A stretch of DNA of 64,000 bases. Source: Sulfurovum sp. (GTDB taxonomy: Bacteria > Campylobacterota > Campylobacteria > Campylobacterales > Sulfurovaceae). Positions 36,997 through 47,719 of the stretch are shown here, in pieces; position 1 is the first letter of the stretch; each line of letters opens with the position of its first letter. The stretch lies in assembly GCA_027019175.1 (NCBI GenBank), contig JALUXB010000009.1, forward strand, positions 34,311-98,310, in the 5' to 3' direction. The position numbers and the translations under genes are program-made. The notes beneath the pieces are model-generated. The model was not told where the DNA came from. It was given only the letters and a program-made list of their open reading frames with translations, and made no database searches.

Positions 36997-37801
36997 TGAT
37001 ATACCCCAGTTTCAATGCTGCCATCTCAATAATACGTTTTGGAATACGGTCATAACGTACTTTTGAAGGTTCATTTTTATCATAATATTCGCAAATTTCA
37101 AAAATTGTGAACATCATTTTATTACACTCTCTGTAGTTTCCTTTGGTAAACTTGTGGATAAGTTTGAAATTCTTCTCTTTTATACTGTTGGCAATTTCAA
37201 AAAGATTTTTTTTCAAAAGCTTTTTGTGGATATAGGTTGTTTGGTCTTTCAGAGATGCATTGTGCAGTTCAACCACCTCCCAAATTCTTGACTGAAAATG
37301 TTCTTTTGCAATCAAATCTTCATCTTCGGTTTTATGCAGGGAGACAATAAACTTGACTGCCCTGCTGTCTGAAAGCAGTCTTATTTTTTCCATCATCTCC
37401 GGACTGTACATCTGTGCTTCATCCAGCATAATAATAATTTCACGTTTCCCCCGCATATTCTTGCAATAGTTCACAAGTGCAGAAAAATTTACCTCCGTAT
37501 TCTGAGGAAGCGTTTTTTTTGTCAAAACCTTGAAAATTTTATGGAAAAACTCTTTTTCATTGATGGCAGGCGTATCAAAGTAGTAGATCTCTTTTTGATA
37601 TTTCAGTCTGTCATGCAGTCTGTTAAGAAGAATGCTTTTCCCTGTTCCCGGTCGCCCAAAAAGAAGAATCATCTTCAATGGCTTATTGATACTGTGTTCT
37701 AACTGTTGATAAGCCGTTAAAGAGGATTCAAGTTCAATATAGTCGTCCAAGTCGACAGAGTCGACAAAGACTTCTTTTGCAGATTCATATCTACTTTTCA
37801 T
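36989..37801 (-). CDS. ExeA/MshM-like ATPase (CtsP-like)
   Basis: GRPGTGKS Walker A, IIMLDEAQ Walker B; downstream of secretin. Confidence 0.8.
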   Translation of the reverse strand: MKSRYESAKEVFVDSVDLDDYIELESSLTAYQQLEHSINKPLKMILLFGRPGTGKSILLNRLHDRLKYQKEIYYFDTPAINEKEFFHKIFKVLTKKTLPQNTEVNFSALVNYCKNMRGKREIIIMLDEAQMYSPEMMEKIRLLSDSRAVKFIVSLHKTEDEDLIAKEHFQSRIWEVVELHNASLKDQTTYIHKKLLKKNLFEIANSIKEKNFKLIHKFTKGNYRECNKMMFTIFEICEYYDKNEPSKVRYDRIPKRIIEMAALKLGYINV

Positions 37802-39413
37802 TGACTTTTGTATAACCCAAATCTTTGAGAGAAACAGATTTGCTGTTTCGGATAATATGTGGTGTAATAATTAAAACAAGTTCTTCAACAGTTTCAATCT
37901 TCTCTTCATGCTTAAATGCATACTCAAGAATCGGAATATCTCCAAGAATTGGAATCTTATTGGACTTAAATCCAGTTTTGCTAGTAATAAGTCCACCTAA
38001 AATTGCATGTTCACCATTTTTGACTTTGACAACCGAAGCGATCTGTCTTCGAATAAGATCAGGGGGGATCTGTCTAAGTGCATTATTACTACTTACAGGA
38101 TTAACAGTTTCAGAGATAGACGGATTTATCTTCAATGTAATCATCCCATTTGAATCAATTTCAGGAGTAATATCAAGTAAAATTCCCGCAAAGACAGAAT
38201 CAACAAGCTCACCTTGCGCTGCAACAGCACCACCTCCACCGGATGCAGTACTTGCAGATTGTATTTTGTAAAAAAGTTCACGACCGACACTGATAAGTGC
38301 AGGTTGGTTATTTAGCGTCATTACCCTAGGACTTGAAATCGCCTTTACATCTCCTTGGGTCCCAAGGAACTTAATCACTTCCTGAATTTGTGCTTTACCA
38401 GTCACTTGTACTAAGCCAGCAGTTGTAGGGCTAGTACCTTCAGCATATGATGCGTCTGTAATTCCTTGGATTGCATCAAAAGTCCATGAAGCCATATTTT
38501 TCTGAGACATACGCAAAGAATTAACAGTAAAGTTCTGTAAACTATAGAGCTGTGACCAGTCAACCCCTGTGGTACGGCTGTTATCAAACTCTACCGTAAG
38601 TATACGAACGTCAATGAGTACTTCTTGCTTAATCTGTTTTGAAAGCGAATGGATATATCTTGCTACACGATTGATCTGTCTATCTGTACCAGTTACAGTA
38701 ATCATTCCCGCCTCAGGATTTACAATTGGAGCAAGGGGGTTGTACTCCCAGACCTTGCCATCTGGCCCAGTCCACGTATCTCCTGTACGTGTATAATGTG
38801 TCGAACCATCTGCGGCACCAATCAAGATACGCTGAATTTCATTCTCAACTGTTTTCCAAAACTGAAATTCATCATTACTTTCAATAGAGATACCAGTTTT
38901 TGCAATATTCTGCCCTGTCCCACCTGACGAACCACCGGAACCTCCTCCACCGATACCACCAGTTGACGATGCAGAGTTTTGGGAATTGGCTATTGTAACA
39001 TTTGCCGTACTTCTTCCAATACGCTGTCCTGATATATAATGAATCTTAAACGTTCTTGTAATTAAATACGATATTGTCAACTTGTTTCCACGTAGCGTAT
39101 AATGAAGATCATTATCTTTAAGTATCGTATTCAAAAAACCTTTCAGTGTACTATTTTTCAGTTTTACATAATAGAGCTTTTTGTTCATTCTCTTGCGTGC
39201 AGCTTCATCCTTTACAACAACGGTAAGTCCACAAGTGTCGGCAAGATTTTCAATAACATCACCTATGGACAGCTGGCTGTCAATCGTTACGGAAAAGAGT
39301 TTTGTCGAACAACTCTCAGATGCAACACTTTGTGTCGCACCAAATGCCATCAGCAGTGCTGCGGCAACCTGAATTCCCTTGTTTTTTATCCTTTTCATCC
39401 TATTCCCTTTCAT
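37791..39413 (-). CDS. Secretin (MshL/CtsD type)
   Basis: Gly/Ser-rich N domain, SPRVMTLNNQPA, GILLDITP, ILGGLI, IPILGDIPILEYAF..LVLIITP. Confidence 0.93.
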   Translation of the reverse strand: MKGNRMKRIKNKGIQVAAALLMAFGATQSVASESCSTKLFSVTIDSQLSIGDVIENLADTCGLTVVVKDEAARKRMNKKLYYVKLKNSTLKGFLNTILKDNDLHYTLRGNKLTISYLITRTFKIHYISGQRIGRSTANVTIANSQNSASSTGGIGGGGSGGSSGGTGQNIAKTGISIESNDEFQFWKTVENEIQRILIGAADGSTHYTRTGDTWTGPDGKVWEYNPLAPIVNPEAGMITVTGTDRQINRVARYIHSLSKQIKQEVLIDVRILTVEFDNSRTTGVDWSQLYSLQNFTVNSLRMSQKNMASWTFDAIQGITDASYAEGTSPTTAGLVQVTGKAQIQEVIKFLGTQGDVKAISSPRVMTLNNQPALISVGRELFYKIQSASTASGGGGAVAAQGELVDSVFAGILLDITPEIDSNGMITLKINPSISETVNPVSSNNALRQIPPDLIRRQIASVVKVKNGEHAILGGLITSKTGFKSNKIPILGDIPILEYAFKHEEKIETVEELVLIITPHIIRNSKSVSLKDLGYTKVNEK

Positions 39414-39834
39414 CTAGTATGAGCAACTGTTCTTTAGGTTTGCCTATGAACAGCTTTTTTATTGTAGTGCCGTTTTGCAGTACAACGCCTCTTTTCCCTA
39501 TATATTTGACAGTATATCCCATCACAACATCACCTACCTTTTTCCAGCTGTCATTAATATAAGCCTTGCCACCCATGATCGCATGCAATGTAAGTTTAAC
39601 ATCAGGTTTTATCTGACTTGGAAGTTCCACCACAACCGTTTTATTCTCTTCTTTTGTAATTCTAATAAACGGCTCTTTTGTCTGATCAAGTGTCTTTAAT
39701 GCAATCCCCTCTCTCTTAAGATGTATCTTTTGAACCATTTTTTCTATTTGCTTGACAGAGAGATCAGCTATAGCCAATGTCAAAGACAGTGGTACCAGTA
39801 TTAATATTATCTTCATCATCTGTTGATCCCCCAT
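39400..39834 (-). CDS. Pilus accessory protein (MshK/PilP-like position)
   Basis: Signal peptide, KAYINDSWKKVGD beta-domain; operon position before secretin. Confidence 0.55.
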   Translation of the reverse strand: MGDQQMMKIILILVPLSLTLAIADLSVKQIEKMVQKIHLKREGIALKTLDQTKEPFIRITKEENKTVVVELPSQIKPDVKLTLHAIMGGKAYINDSWKKVGDVVMGYTVKYIGKRGVVLQNGTTIKKLFIGKPKEQLLILDERE

Positions 39835-40469
39835 ACTGAGATATTGATGTCTGCAATTACTTTCGAACTGTTTTCATCCATATGCATTTTCGTATTATAA
39901 ATATCGGTAACCAGAACATTCTGTTCCAACTCATTCATAAACTTGACAATACTTTTATAATCTCCCTGACATCCGATACCTACTTCAAGTACATGTCCAA
40001 AACTACCATTGTTGTCAACATATTTATTTGCAATATACTGGATATCAACATCCTGAACAGCTGCACGGTCTGTAATGGAGTTGAGGAAGATAGACCAGTT
40101 TTTTTGATTGAAAAGCATATCAGAGAGTTTGTTAAGGTTCATATCAATAAATGCTATCTTCTTTTTGGTTTTCTCAATCTTTTTCTTTTTATTGGCAATA
40201 TCCTGTGTATATTTTTTAACATAATAGTCACGGTCGCCATTAACGGTAATACCATTGAGGTATATTGTATTGTCTTTGATACTTTTTTCTACCGCTTTCA
40301 GGGCAATATCACTTTTTTTGTGCATTTGTTCTGTATAGGGCAGAAGATAGGCATAGGCCAGGTAAGTAATGAATCCTGCAATCCCAAGAATAATCAACCA
40401 TTTTTCGCTCTCTTTTTTAGGGGCGAAATACGCATCCAGTTCCTCTAATTTATCTTCTATAAACTTCAT
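39816..40469 (-). CDS. PilO/MshJ-like alignment protein
   Basis: TM, coiled coil, GDYKSIVKFMNELEQ ferredoxin-like motif. Confidence 0.65.
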   Translation of the reverse strand: MKFIEDKLEELDAYFAPKKESEKWLIILGIAGFITYLAYAYLLPYTEQMHKKSDIALKAVEKSIKDNTIYLNGITVNGDRDYYVKKYTQDIANKKKKIEKTKKKIAFIDMNLNKLSDMLFNQKNWSIFLNSITDRAAVQDVDIQYIANKYVDNNGSFGHVLEVGIGCQGDYKSIVKFMNELEQNVLVTDIYNTKMHMDENSSKVIADINISVWGINR

Positions 40470-42034
40470 CTGAATTCAACCTTTAATAGTCCTCTGTAGT
40501 GCTTGCTTGCAGGATCCTTTTCTATCATCTCGATATCGATCTCTTTAATATCATTGTAATGTTTGTCAGAGATATACTTGATAAGCTCTGTTAATTTTCT
40601 GTCATCCGAACTTACAAGTGACATCCACACTGTATTTTCATGTGTGTAGATTTTGTCTACATAAACACCAAATTTATTCAACTCTTCTGCAATAGTATAA
40701 AAAATACCGGACTTGAGACGATAGTCGACCTTCTCTTTATAGATCGACTCAAGTGTTTTTGTTTTTCCGCCATAAAGCTGGGTTAAACGGTTCAGTTCTT
40801 TATCCAACGCACTGATCTGCTTCTTTTTTGCAGCAATGATCTGTTTATATTTACTTGCTTCCGCTTTCAGCTGTGCATCCTGTTTGCTTAAGGCCAGACG
40901 CTTGGCATCGTTGGCATAGGAACTGACAAGATGGTACAGAGGATACGCCAGACCGATAGATATGGCTGCAAACATTGCGATAATGAACTGTCCGCTTGCA
41001 CGGTTGACAAAGCTCGGAGGCCTTGGGAAAACCGTCATATTTAAAATGAAATCCGGATTTTCTATATACTCCATGGATGTCAGAAGCATCAAATAATGCA
41101 TCTGGTCAGTATACCACTCATCATTTTCAATATTGTAGTCAAAGTTCAAATCGGCAGAAGGAAGACCAAGATAGTTATGACTGTATTCATCCAGCCCTAC
41201 AATCGGTCCCTGTACACTTCCAATATACATATAGTCGATGGTTTCGAGCCGATATGCTCTCTTGGTATAGATGATTATATCGTTGATCGTGATGAAAACT
41301 TCACCAAAGATTTTCATAAAATTCTGTTGGTATTTTGTATCGGTCGTTTTTAAACCTTCTGTTTCCAAAACAGAGAAAAACTCTTCTCTATCGACCTGTT
41401 CCCCTTCTATTTCACAGAACTTTTCGTATATCTGTTCCAATGAAAATTCTATGGATTTTGAATACAGATATTTTCCGTTACTGTAAAATGAAATAAACGC
41501 ATCAACTTTTGTAAAATAGACAAAACAGTGCGTACCTACAGAGGACAATATCTCTTTGGTATAAAGAACCTCATAAAGAAGCGGTGCAGGAACGATCAGA
41601 TCAATATATTTCGTTTCCTGTTTGATAGGAAGATAAAGTTTGTTCAGTACTTCCGTTTCCGCAACAAAGAGGCTAAACTCCCGTTCTTCCCCTTCGTTGT
41701 GCATTTCCATATAGGATATGGAATACTCAATTGCCTGGTCGAGTCCCAACTCTTCATACGCTTTTACTTCCAGAACATCGGCGATATCTTCTTCGGGGAC
41801 ACTGCGGCTTACCGTAGTTGTCGTTGTGATGATATCTTTATTGCCAAGATAGGATGTAATAAAGTTAGCTTTATTAAAAGTAAGCTTTTTAAGCGGCTGG
41901 AACTTATCACCTTTAAAGATGTAGTTCTTGCCTGTGTATGCGTTTAGGGTGACGATATTTTTTATCGGGGACTGTGCCTCGTTTGTTCCATCTTTTTTCA
42001 AAAACATTGCTAAACTTCCTTGTTTGTTGACCAA
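40466..42034 (-). CDS. PilM/PilN (MshI)-like fused alignment protein
   Basis: Cytoplasmic N-domain, single TM near residue 350, coiled coil and C-terminal periplasmic domain; first gene of pilus operon. Confidence 0.6.
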   Translation of the reverse strand: MVNKQGSLAMFLKKDGTNEAQSPIKNIVTLNAYTGKNYIFKGDKFQPLKKLTFNKANFITSYLGNKDIITTTTTVSRSVPEEDIADVLEVKAYEELGLDQAIEYSISYMEMHNEGEEREFSLFVAETEVLNKLYLPIKQETKYIDLIVPAPLLYEVLYTKEILSSVGTHCFVYFTKVDAFISFYSNGKYLYSKSIEFSLEQIYEKFCEIEGEQVDREEFFSVLETEGLKTTDTKYQQNFMKIFGEVFITINDIIIYTKRAYRLETIDYMYIGSVQGPIVGLDEYSHNYLGLPSADLNFDYNIENDEWYTDQMHYLMLLTSMEYIENPDFILNMTVFPRPPSFVNRASGQFIIAMFAAISIGLAYPLYHLVSSYANDAKRLALSKQDAQLKAEASKYKQIIAAKKKQISALDKELNRLTQLYGGKTKTLESIYKEKVDYRLKSGIFYTIAEELNKFGVYVDKIYTHENTVWMSLVSSDDRKLTELIKYISDKHYNDIKEIDIEMIEKDPASKHYRGLLKVEFR

Positions 42035-42161
42035 TTATATATGTTATAATATTAAAAGATTCTTACATAAGCTAAAAAAAACATAATAATATAACTAATT
42101 TTTATTAAAAACTATTTTAAATTGGTTATTTATGTAATAAACAGGTCAGTAGCACAGCTGT

Positions 42162-43064
42162 TTAGACAATATATCCAAACTCTTCAAGTGAATCTTTATT
42201 CTTACTCCATCCCTTTTTAACAGAAACATGCAGATCCAAAAAGATCTTTTTACCTGCAAACTTCTCCATCAATTCTCTGGCACTCTTGCCAATGCGTTTG
42301 ATCCCTGAACCTTTTTGCCCAACAATCATGCCCTTCTGTGTCTCTTTTTCTACGACAATTGTTGCATAAACATGGTCTATATGATCCTCTTCGTAAATTT
42401 TTTCGATAAGGACATCACTCTCGTAGGGAATTTCGTCACTCATATTCTCAAAAATTGCTTCACGGATGAGCTCTTTGTAAATATCCCTGATATTGTCTGT
42501 CGTAAGTATTTCAGGGTCAAAAAGCCAAGGAGAATTAGGCAAATACTTGGCAATTTCATCAAGCAGCTGTTCCTTGCCGACTTTTTTATTGACAGAAAAG
42601 GGAATAATCGCTTCAAATTTGTCCTGGTACTTCTGATACTCCGAAAGCTTTTTAAGAATATCTCCCTGTTTTGCATGATCTATTTTTGTCAGCACAACAA
42701 TATGCTTTACACCTTTTGCCTCCGTCAGAGCCAGGAACTTCTCATACTCTTTGATTTTGTCCGTCACCGGTGCCAAAAAAAGGATGAGATCACTGTCTCC
42801 CATTGCTTTGAGTGCTTCATCAAGCATGAACTGGTTCAGCAACCGCTCCTTTTCGTGTATACCGGGTGTATCCACAAAGATGATCTGCGCATTCTTGTGC
42901 ATAACAATGATATTCATACGCTTGCGTGTTGCCTGTGCCTTTTTTGAAACCATCGCCAGTTTTTCACCTACCAGGTGGTTCAGCAGCGTACTCTTTCCCG
43001 CATTGGGTCGTCCTACAACTGCTACAAATCCCGCCTTGGTATCTTCTCTTTCCTCGTTAAACAT
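42162..43064 (-). CDS. era: GTPase Era
   Basis: GRPNAGKST, DTPG, TKID, KH domain EIPY..GMIVGQKG. Confidence 0.97.
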   Translation of the reverse strand: MFNEEREDTKAGFVAVVGRPNAGKSTLLNHLVGEKLAMVSKKAQATRKRMNIIVMHKNAQIIFVDTPGIHEKERLLNQFMLDEALKAMGDSDLILFLAPVTDKIKEYEKFLALTEAKGVKHIVVLTKIDHAKQGDILKKLSEYQKYQDKFEAIIPFSVNKKVGKEQLLDEIAKYLPNSPWLFDPEILTTDNIRDIYKELIREAIFENMSDEIPYESDVLIEKIYEEDHIDHVYATIVVEKETQKGMIVGQKGSGIKRIGKSARELMEKFAGKKIFLDLHVSVKKGWSKNKDSLEEFGYIV

Positions 43065-43103
43065 TCTACTCCATTATTTTTTTCTATCACTCGAACTTCC
43101 CAT

Positions 43104-43130
43104 TCGTTCCCATGCTTTGTGTGGGAACGA
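43104..43130. repeat. TCGTTCCCA-family palindrome
   Basis: TCGTTCCCATGCTTTGTGTGGGAACGA between hslU and era. Confidence 0.8.
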
Positions 43131-43168
43131 AAGAAAGGTTGCCTCTACATTCGGTTGCTAATTTCTTA

Positions 43169-44497
43169 TTATAGAATATATCTCGTCATATCCTCATCTT
43201 CAACAACATTGCCAACCTTCTCATCAACCATAGCTTTGCTGATCGTCACCGTCTCACCACTATGCATATCAGCTTCGAAGCTTATCTCTTCAAGCAGCTT
43301 CTCCATCACTGTATGCAGCCGTCTGGCACCGATGTCTTCTGTCTTCTCATTTGCAAGCAGCGAATAGTGAGCGATGGCACGCAGCGCTTCCTCTTCAAAT
43401 TCCAGCGTTACACCTTCGACTGCAAGCAATGCCTGGTACTGCTTAACAAGCGAATGTTTAGGCTCTGTCAGAATACGGTAGAGGGTTTCTTCATTCAGGC
43501 TCTCAAGCTCCACACGCAGCGGGAAACGCCCCTGCAGCTCAGGGATCAGGTCGCTTGGCTTGCTCAGATGAAATGCCCCTGCTGCAATGAAAAGAATATG
43601 GTCAGTATTGACAACCCCCAGCTTCGTGCTTACAGCCGAACCCTCTACTATAGGCAGCAAGTCTCTTTGAACCCCCTCTTTACTGGGATCCTGTCTGCTC
43701 TGTGAACCAGAGGAAACAGCAATCTTGTCCACCTCATCAAGAAAGACAATACCGCCCTTCTCCACCTTTTCACGCGCCAACTCTTTGAGTTTTTCCTCGT
43801 CAAGCAGCACTTCACTCGCTTCCTGCTCGAGAATCTTCTTCGCTTCGGCAACACTTACTTCTTTTTCAGGCCCTTTCTTGCCAAAACCGCCAAGCACCTT
43901 GACAATAGACTCCTGTACCTGGATCATCTGCGGCGGCAGTCCGTCTTCGGGAAGTTCCGCTTTATTTGGCATATTGACCTTGACCATCAGATGATCTAGC
44001 TCACCGCGTGCAAACTTTTTCTGCATTTTGGCAAAAGAAGCATCATACTCTCTTTGCTTCTGCTCACTCGCACCCTTTGGAAGCGGCGGCAGCAGCTTTT
44101 CGATGATCTTGTTCTCGATGTAGTTGGCGATCTTCTCACGGTTCTTCTCATTCTCCTCTTCACGCACCAGCGAAAGTGACGTGGCGGCAAGGTCGCGTAT
44201 CATCGACTCCACATCACGCCCGACAAACCCTACTTCGGTATATTTGCTGGCTTCAACTTTGATGAAAGGCAGGTTCATCATCTTTGCCAAACGTCTGGCA
44301 ATCTCCGTCTTACCCACACCGGTACTTCCGATCATCAGAATGTTCTTGGGAGTCACATCCTGCTGCATCTCTTCACTCAGCTGCATCCGTCTGTAACGAT
44401 TCCTCAGTGCCACGGCAATTGTCCGCTTGGCATCATCCTGCCCGATCACATACTTGTCAAGATGTGTCACAATCTCTTTTGGTGTCAAATTATCCAA
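43169..44497 (-). CDS. hslU: HslU ATPase subunit
   Basis: IGSTGVGKTEIARR, VEASKYTEVGFVGRDV, DEVDKI, ELQGRFPLRV. Confidence 0.97.
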   Translation of the reverse strand: MDNLTPKEIVTHLDKYVIGQDDAKRTIAVALRNRYRRMQLSEEMQQDVTPKNILMIGSTGVGKTEIARRLAKMMNLPFIKVEASKYTEVGFVGRDVESMIRDLAATSLSLVREEENEKNREKIANYIENKIIEKLLPPLPKGASEQKQREYDASFAKMQKKFARGELDHLMVKVNMPNKAELPEDGLPPQMIQVQESIVKVLGGFGKKGPEKEVSVAEAKKILEQEASEVLLDEEKLKELAREKVEKGGIVFLDEVDKIAVSSGSQSRQDPSKEGVQRDLLPIVEGSAVSTKLGVVNTDHILFIAAGAFHLSKPSDLIPELQGRFPLRVELESLNEETLYRILTEPKHSLVKQYQALLAVEGVTLEFEEEALRAIAHYSLLANEKTEDIGARRLHTVMEKLLEEISFEADMHSGETVTISKAMVDEKVGNVVEDEDMTRYIL

Positions 44498-44588
44498 CTA
44501 TACATCTCCTAATAAAAATTCGCAAAAGGATTATCTGGCGTCCTTCCCCTGTTTTAGCCGGGGCATATTTTTGACGAGACGTCAGTGA

Positions 44589-44660
44589 ATCAGCTTTTCT
44601 TTTTTCTTTGCTTCGTTTCTCTTTTTCTTTGTGCTGGAACAAAGAAAAAAGAAATGAAGA
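44589..44660. repeat. 72-bp duplicated hairpin element, copy 1
   Basis: Identical to 51014-51085 except in the loop (GAA vs CTA); lies between hslV and hslU. Confidence 0.88.
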
Positions 44661-44674
44661 AGCACGCTAAACAA

Positions 44675-45205
44675 CTACAGTTCTAAAATCTTGATATTCG
44701 TATTGGTATAAATACAAAGCTCTCCCGCAATCTGCAAAGACTCCTCCACAAGCTTGCGCGGCTCAAGGTCGGCATGCTTGTCCAGCGCACGCGCAGCAGA
44801 GATCGCATAGTTCCCTCCGCTGCCGATCGCAGCGATCTTCCCATCTTGGGGCTCAACGACATCTCCGGTACCCGAGAGAATAAAAATATGCTCACGGTTG
44901 AGCACGATCATCATCGCCTCCAACTGACGCAGATGCTTGTCTTTTCGCCACGCCTTGGAAAAAGCGATAACTGACTTGAAAAGGTCACCTTTTTTTTCAT
45001 TCAGAAACCCCTCGAACATATCAAAAAGGTTGAATGCATCCGCTGTCGAACCTGCAAATCCACCAAGAATTTCACCATTATAAAGTGTACGTATCTTGGT
45101 CGCATTGCTTTTGAGTACGGTATCACCGAAAGTGACCTGCCCGTCTCCGCCTATGACCGCTTTGCCGTCAGCCTTGTATCCGAGTATCGTAGTCGCTTCG
45201 AACAT
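44675..45205 (-). CDS. hslV: HslV protease subunit
   Basis: [35 protein letters not shown]. Confidence 0.97.
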   Translation of the reverse strand: MFEATTILGYKADGKAVIGGDGQVTFGDTVLKSNATKIRTLYNGEILGGFAGSTADAFNLFDMFEGFLNEKKGDLFKSVIAFSKAWRKDKHLRQLEAMMIVLNREHIFILSGTGDVVEPQDGKIAAIGSGGNYAISAARALDKHADLEPRKLVEESLQIAGELCIYTNTNIKILEL

Positions 45206-45648
45206 CAGACACCGACCACTTCTACTTTCGCATCGGCGTGAATACCGTGTCCAAGCTTGATGTCAATCGTATGAATACCTGTCGATTTGATCGCCTTTTT
45301 GAGGTTGATCTGTTTCTTGTCCACTTCAATACCGAGCTGCTCTTTCATGGCTGCAGCTATATCGGCATTGCCCACAGAACCCTTGATGCCGACAGGGGCT
45401 GCCTGCTTTTCAATGCGTACTGTTGCAGCTTCAATTGCCTTTTTCTCTTTTTCCAGACGCTCGAGTTCTGCTTTGAGCTCCGCCTCTTTACGTGCCTGCT
45501 CCTCCTGCCACTGTGCTACCACATCGGGAGTGGCCAGTTTGGCAAGCCCTTTGTTAATGAGAAAGTTCTGTCCGTAGCCGTCTTTAACCTCTTTGATCTC
45601 ACCCGCTTTGCCGAGTGTTTTGACATCTTTGATAAGTAAAACTTTCAT
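45205..45648 (-). CDS. rplI: 50S ribosomal protein L9
   Basis: [30 protein letters not shown]. Confidence 0.97.
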   Translation of the reverse strand: MKVLLIKDVKTLGKAGEIKEVKDGYGQNFLINKGLAKLATPDVVAQWQEEQARKEAELKAELERLEKEKKAIEAATVRIEKQAAPVGIKGSVGNADIAAAMKEQLGIEVDKKQINLKKAIKSTGIHTIDIKLGHGIHADAKVEVVGV

Positions 45649-45760
45649 ACTGTCCTATCCTTGCGTTATAAATTGTCACTATTTTATCGAAACTTTGTTA
45701 ACACTCTTAACAGCCAATGTGCTACAATTGCCCAAAATTAAACAGAATGGATACAGAGCG

Positions 45761-47710
45761 ATGTTTCAACCTTTTCAAATAGATAACCTTGCAACCTTTC
45801 CAGAGCGCCTTGAAGCGCTTCTTGACAAACAGCGTGTGCAGATAGATGCCATTGTAAAAAGTGATGCCCATAGCTATCAAAGCGTCCTCAAACCGCTCCA
45901 AGATATGGATGAAACGCTTGAGTGTTTCTTCACACCGCTTTCGCACCTCAATTCGGTAATGAACTCCGAAGCGACCCAGCAGGCATATGAAGCCTCACTG
46001 CCGCTGCTGAGCAAGTTTGGCTCCGAAATGGCGCAGAATGTCCCGCTTTTCGAAAAGATAAAGAAGCTGAAAGGAGAGACCGCCCAGCAGCAGAAGGTTA
46101 TCACCAACGATGTGCGTGACTTCAAACTTTCCGGTATCGACCTGCCCGAAGAGAAGAAGAAGCGTCTTGAAGCCATCAGCCTTGAACTCTCCGAACTCTC
46201 CAACGCCTTTTCGCAAAACCTGCTCAATGCCACAAATGCCTATGAACTCATCATTGAAGATGAAAAAGATGTGGAGGGGATGCCCCCGCACGACATCGAA
46301 GCGGCAAAAACGGAAGTTGACGGCAGAACTGTCTATAGATTTACCCTTCAGATCCCAAGCTATCTTGCCTATATGACCTACGGCCCCAACCGGGATTACA
46401 GAAAAGAACTCGCTAAAGCCTACAGTACCCGCGCGCCGGAAAATGCCAAAGTCATAGACCGCATCCTTGCACTCAAACAGGAAAAGGCGCACATTCTCGG
46501 GTTTGATAATTATGCCCAGTACGCACTTGAAACAAGAGACGCTTCCAGCCAAGAGGAGGTGATTAACTTCCTCAATGCACTTGCCGACGCAGCATTGCCG
46601 CAGGCGAAAGAGGAGCTCGATGAGCTGATTGCCTTTGCCAAAGCGCTTGACGGCATCGAAGATTTCGCACGCTATGACCTTGCCTACTACTCCGAAAAGC
46701 TCAAAAAGGAGAAGTTCGACTTTGATGATACGATGACCAAACCCTACTTCGAACAGGAGAAGGTACTGGCTGGAATGCTCGATATCGTCTCCGAACTCTT
46801 CGGTGTACGCTTTGAAACAGTCGATGTGCCTGTATGGCACGACTGCGTAAAAAGCTTTGATATCTATGAGGATAACACACTTTCAGGGCGCATCTACTTC
46901 GACCTCGAAGCACGCAAAGAGAAGCGCGGCGGAGCATGGATGCACGACTGGGAGACCCACTTTGTCGACCAGAAAGGCAATACACACCTCGCTTCGGCAT
47001 TTGTCGTCTGTAACTTTGCACCTGCAACTGACACCAGCCCATCCCTGCTGCGGCACGATGATGTCGTTACCCTCTTTCATGAAATGGGGCATGCAATCCA
47101 CCACCTCTTCGGTAAATGTGAAGAGCGTTCAGTAAGCGGTATCAACGGTGTAGCATGGGATGTGGTGGAGTTTCCATCCCAATTTTTGGAGAATTTCGCC
47201 TACGAAGCGGCTATTTTAAAGCGTTTCGGATTTCACTACCAAAACGGTGAAGCGATTCCTGAAACACTGATGCGAAAGATCAAAGAGACCAAGAACTTCC
47301 AGGCCGCCCTTGGTATTCTGCGCCAGGTAGAATTCTCGCTTTTTGATTTTATATTGCATCAAAAACTTTATCAGGGAGAAGAAGTACAGGCACTGCTTGA
47401 CCGTATACGTGAAAAGACATCACTTCTCAAACCGCCAAGCTACGACCGCTTCCAACACGGGTTTTCCCACATTTTTGCAGGCGGGTATGCTGCAGGATAC
47501 TACTCTTACAAATGGGCTGAAGTACTCAGTGCTGATGCCTTCTTTGCCTGTCTTGACGAGAAAGAGGGTTTCAATAAAACAAAAGCGAAAGGATACAAAG
47601 AACATATTCTCAGCAACGGCGGCGCAAAAGAGATGAGTGAACTCTACCTTGAGTGGCTTGGACACAAACCAGAAGTTGAAAGTCTGCTCAAACTCTATGA
47701 GATAGCGTAG
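45761..47710 (+). CDS. prlC: Oligopeptidase A, M3 family
   Basis: GGAWM, HEMGH zinc motif, VEFPSQFLE, FAGGYAAGYYSYKWAE; start at ATG 45761 avoids overlap with rplI. Confidence 0.93.
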   Translation: MFQPFQIDNLATFPERLEALLDKQRVQIDAIVKSDAHSYQSVLKPLQDMDETLECFFTPLSHLNSVMNSEATQQAYEASLPLLSKFGSEMAQNVPLFEKIKKLKGETAQQQKVITNDVRDFKLSGIDLPEEKKKRLEAISLELSELSNAFSQNLLNATNAYELIIEDEKDVEGMPPHDIEAAKTEVDGRTVYRFTLQIPSYLAYMTYGPNRDYRKELAKAYSTRAPENAKVIDRILALKQEKAHILGFDNYAQYALETRDASSQEEVINFLNALADAALPQAKEELDELIAFAKALDGIEDFARYDLAYYSEKLKKEKFDFDDTMTKPYFEQEKVLAGMLDIVSELFGVRFETVDVPVWHDCVKSFDIYEDNTLSGRIYFDLEARKEKRGGAWMHDWETHFVDQKGNTHLASAFVVCNFAPATDTSPSLLRHDDVVTLFHEMGHAIHHLFGKCEERSVSGINGVAWDVVEFPSQFLENFAYEAAILKRFGFHYQNGEAIPETLMRKIKETKNFQAALGILRQVEFSLFDFILHQKLYQGEEVQALLDRIREKTSLLKPPSYDRFQHGFSHIFAGGYAAGYYSYKWAEVLSADAFFACLDEKEGFNKTKAKGYKEHILSNGGAKEMSELYLEWLGHKPEVESLLKLYEIA

Positions 47711-47719
47711 GAGGAATAT

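Noticed and set aside
45593-45760. N-terminal extension of oligopeptidase A (and secA 5868-5912, glyS 63955-63984, YkgJ 59054-59110)
   Set aside because: Longest-ORF artefacts overlapping other genes, promoters or repeats; family-typical starts lie downstream
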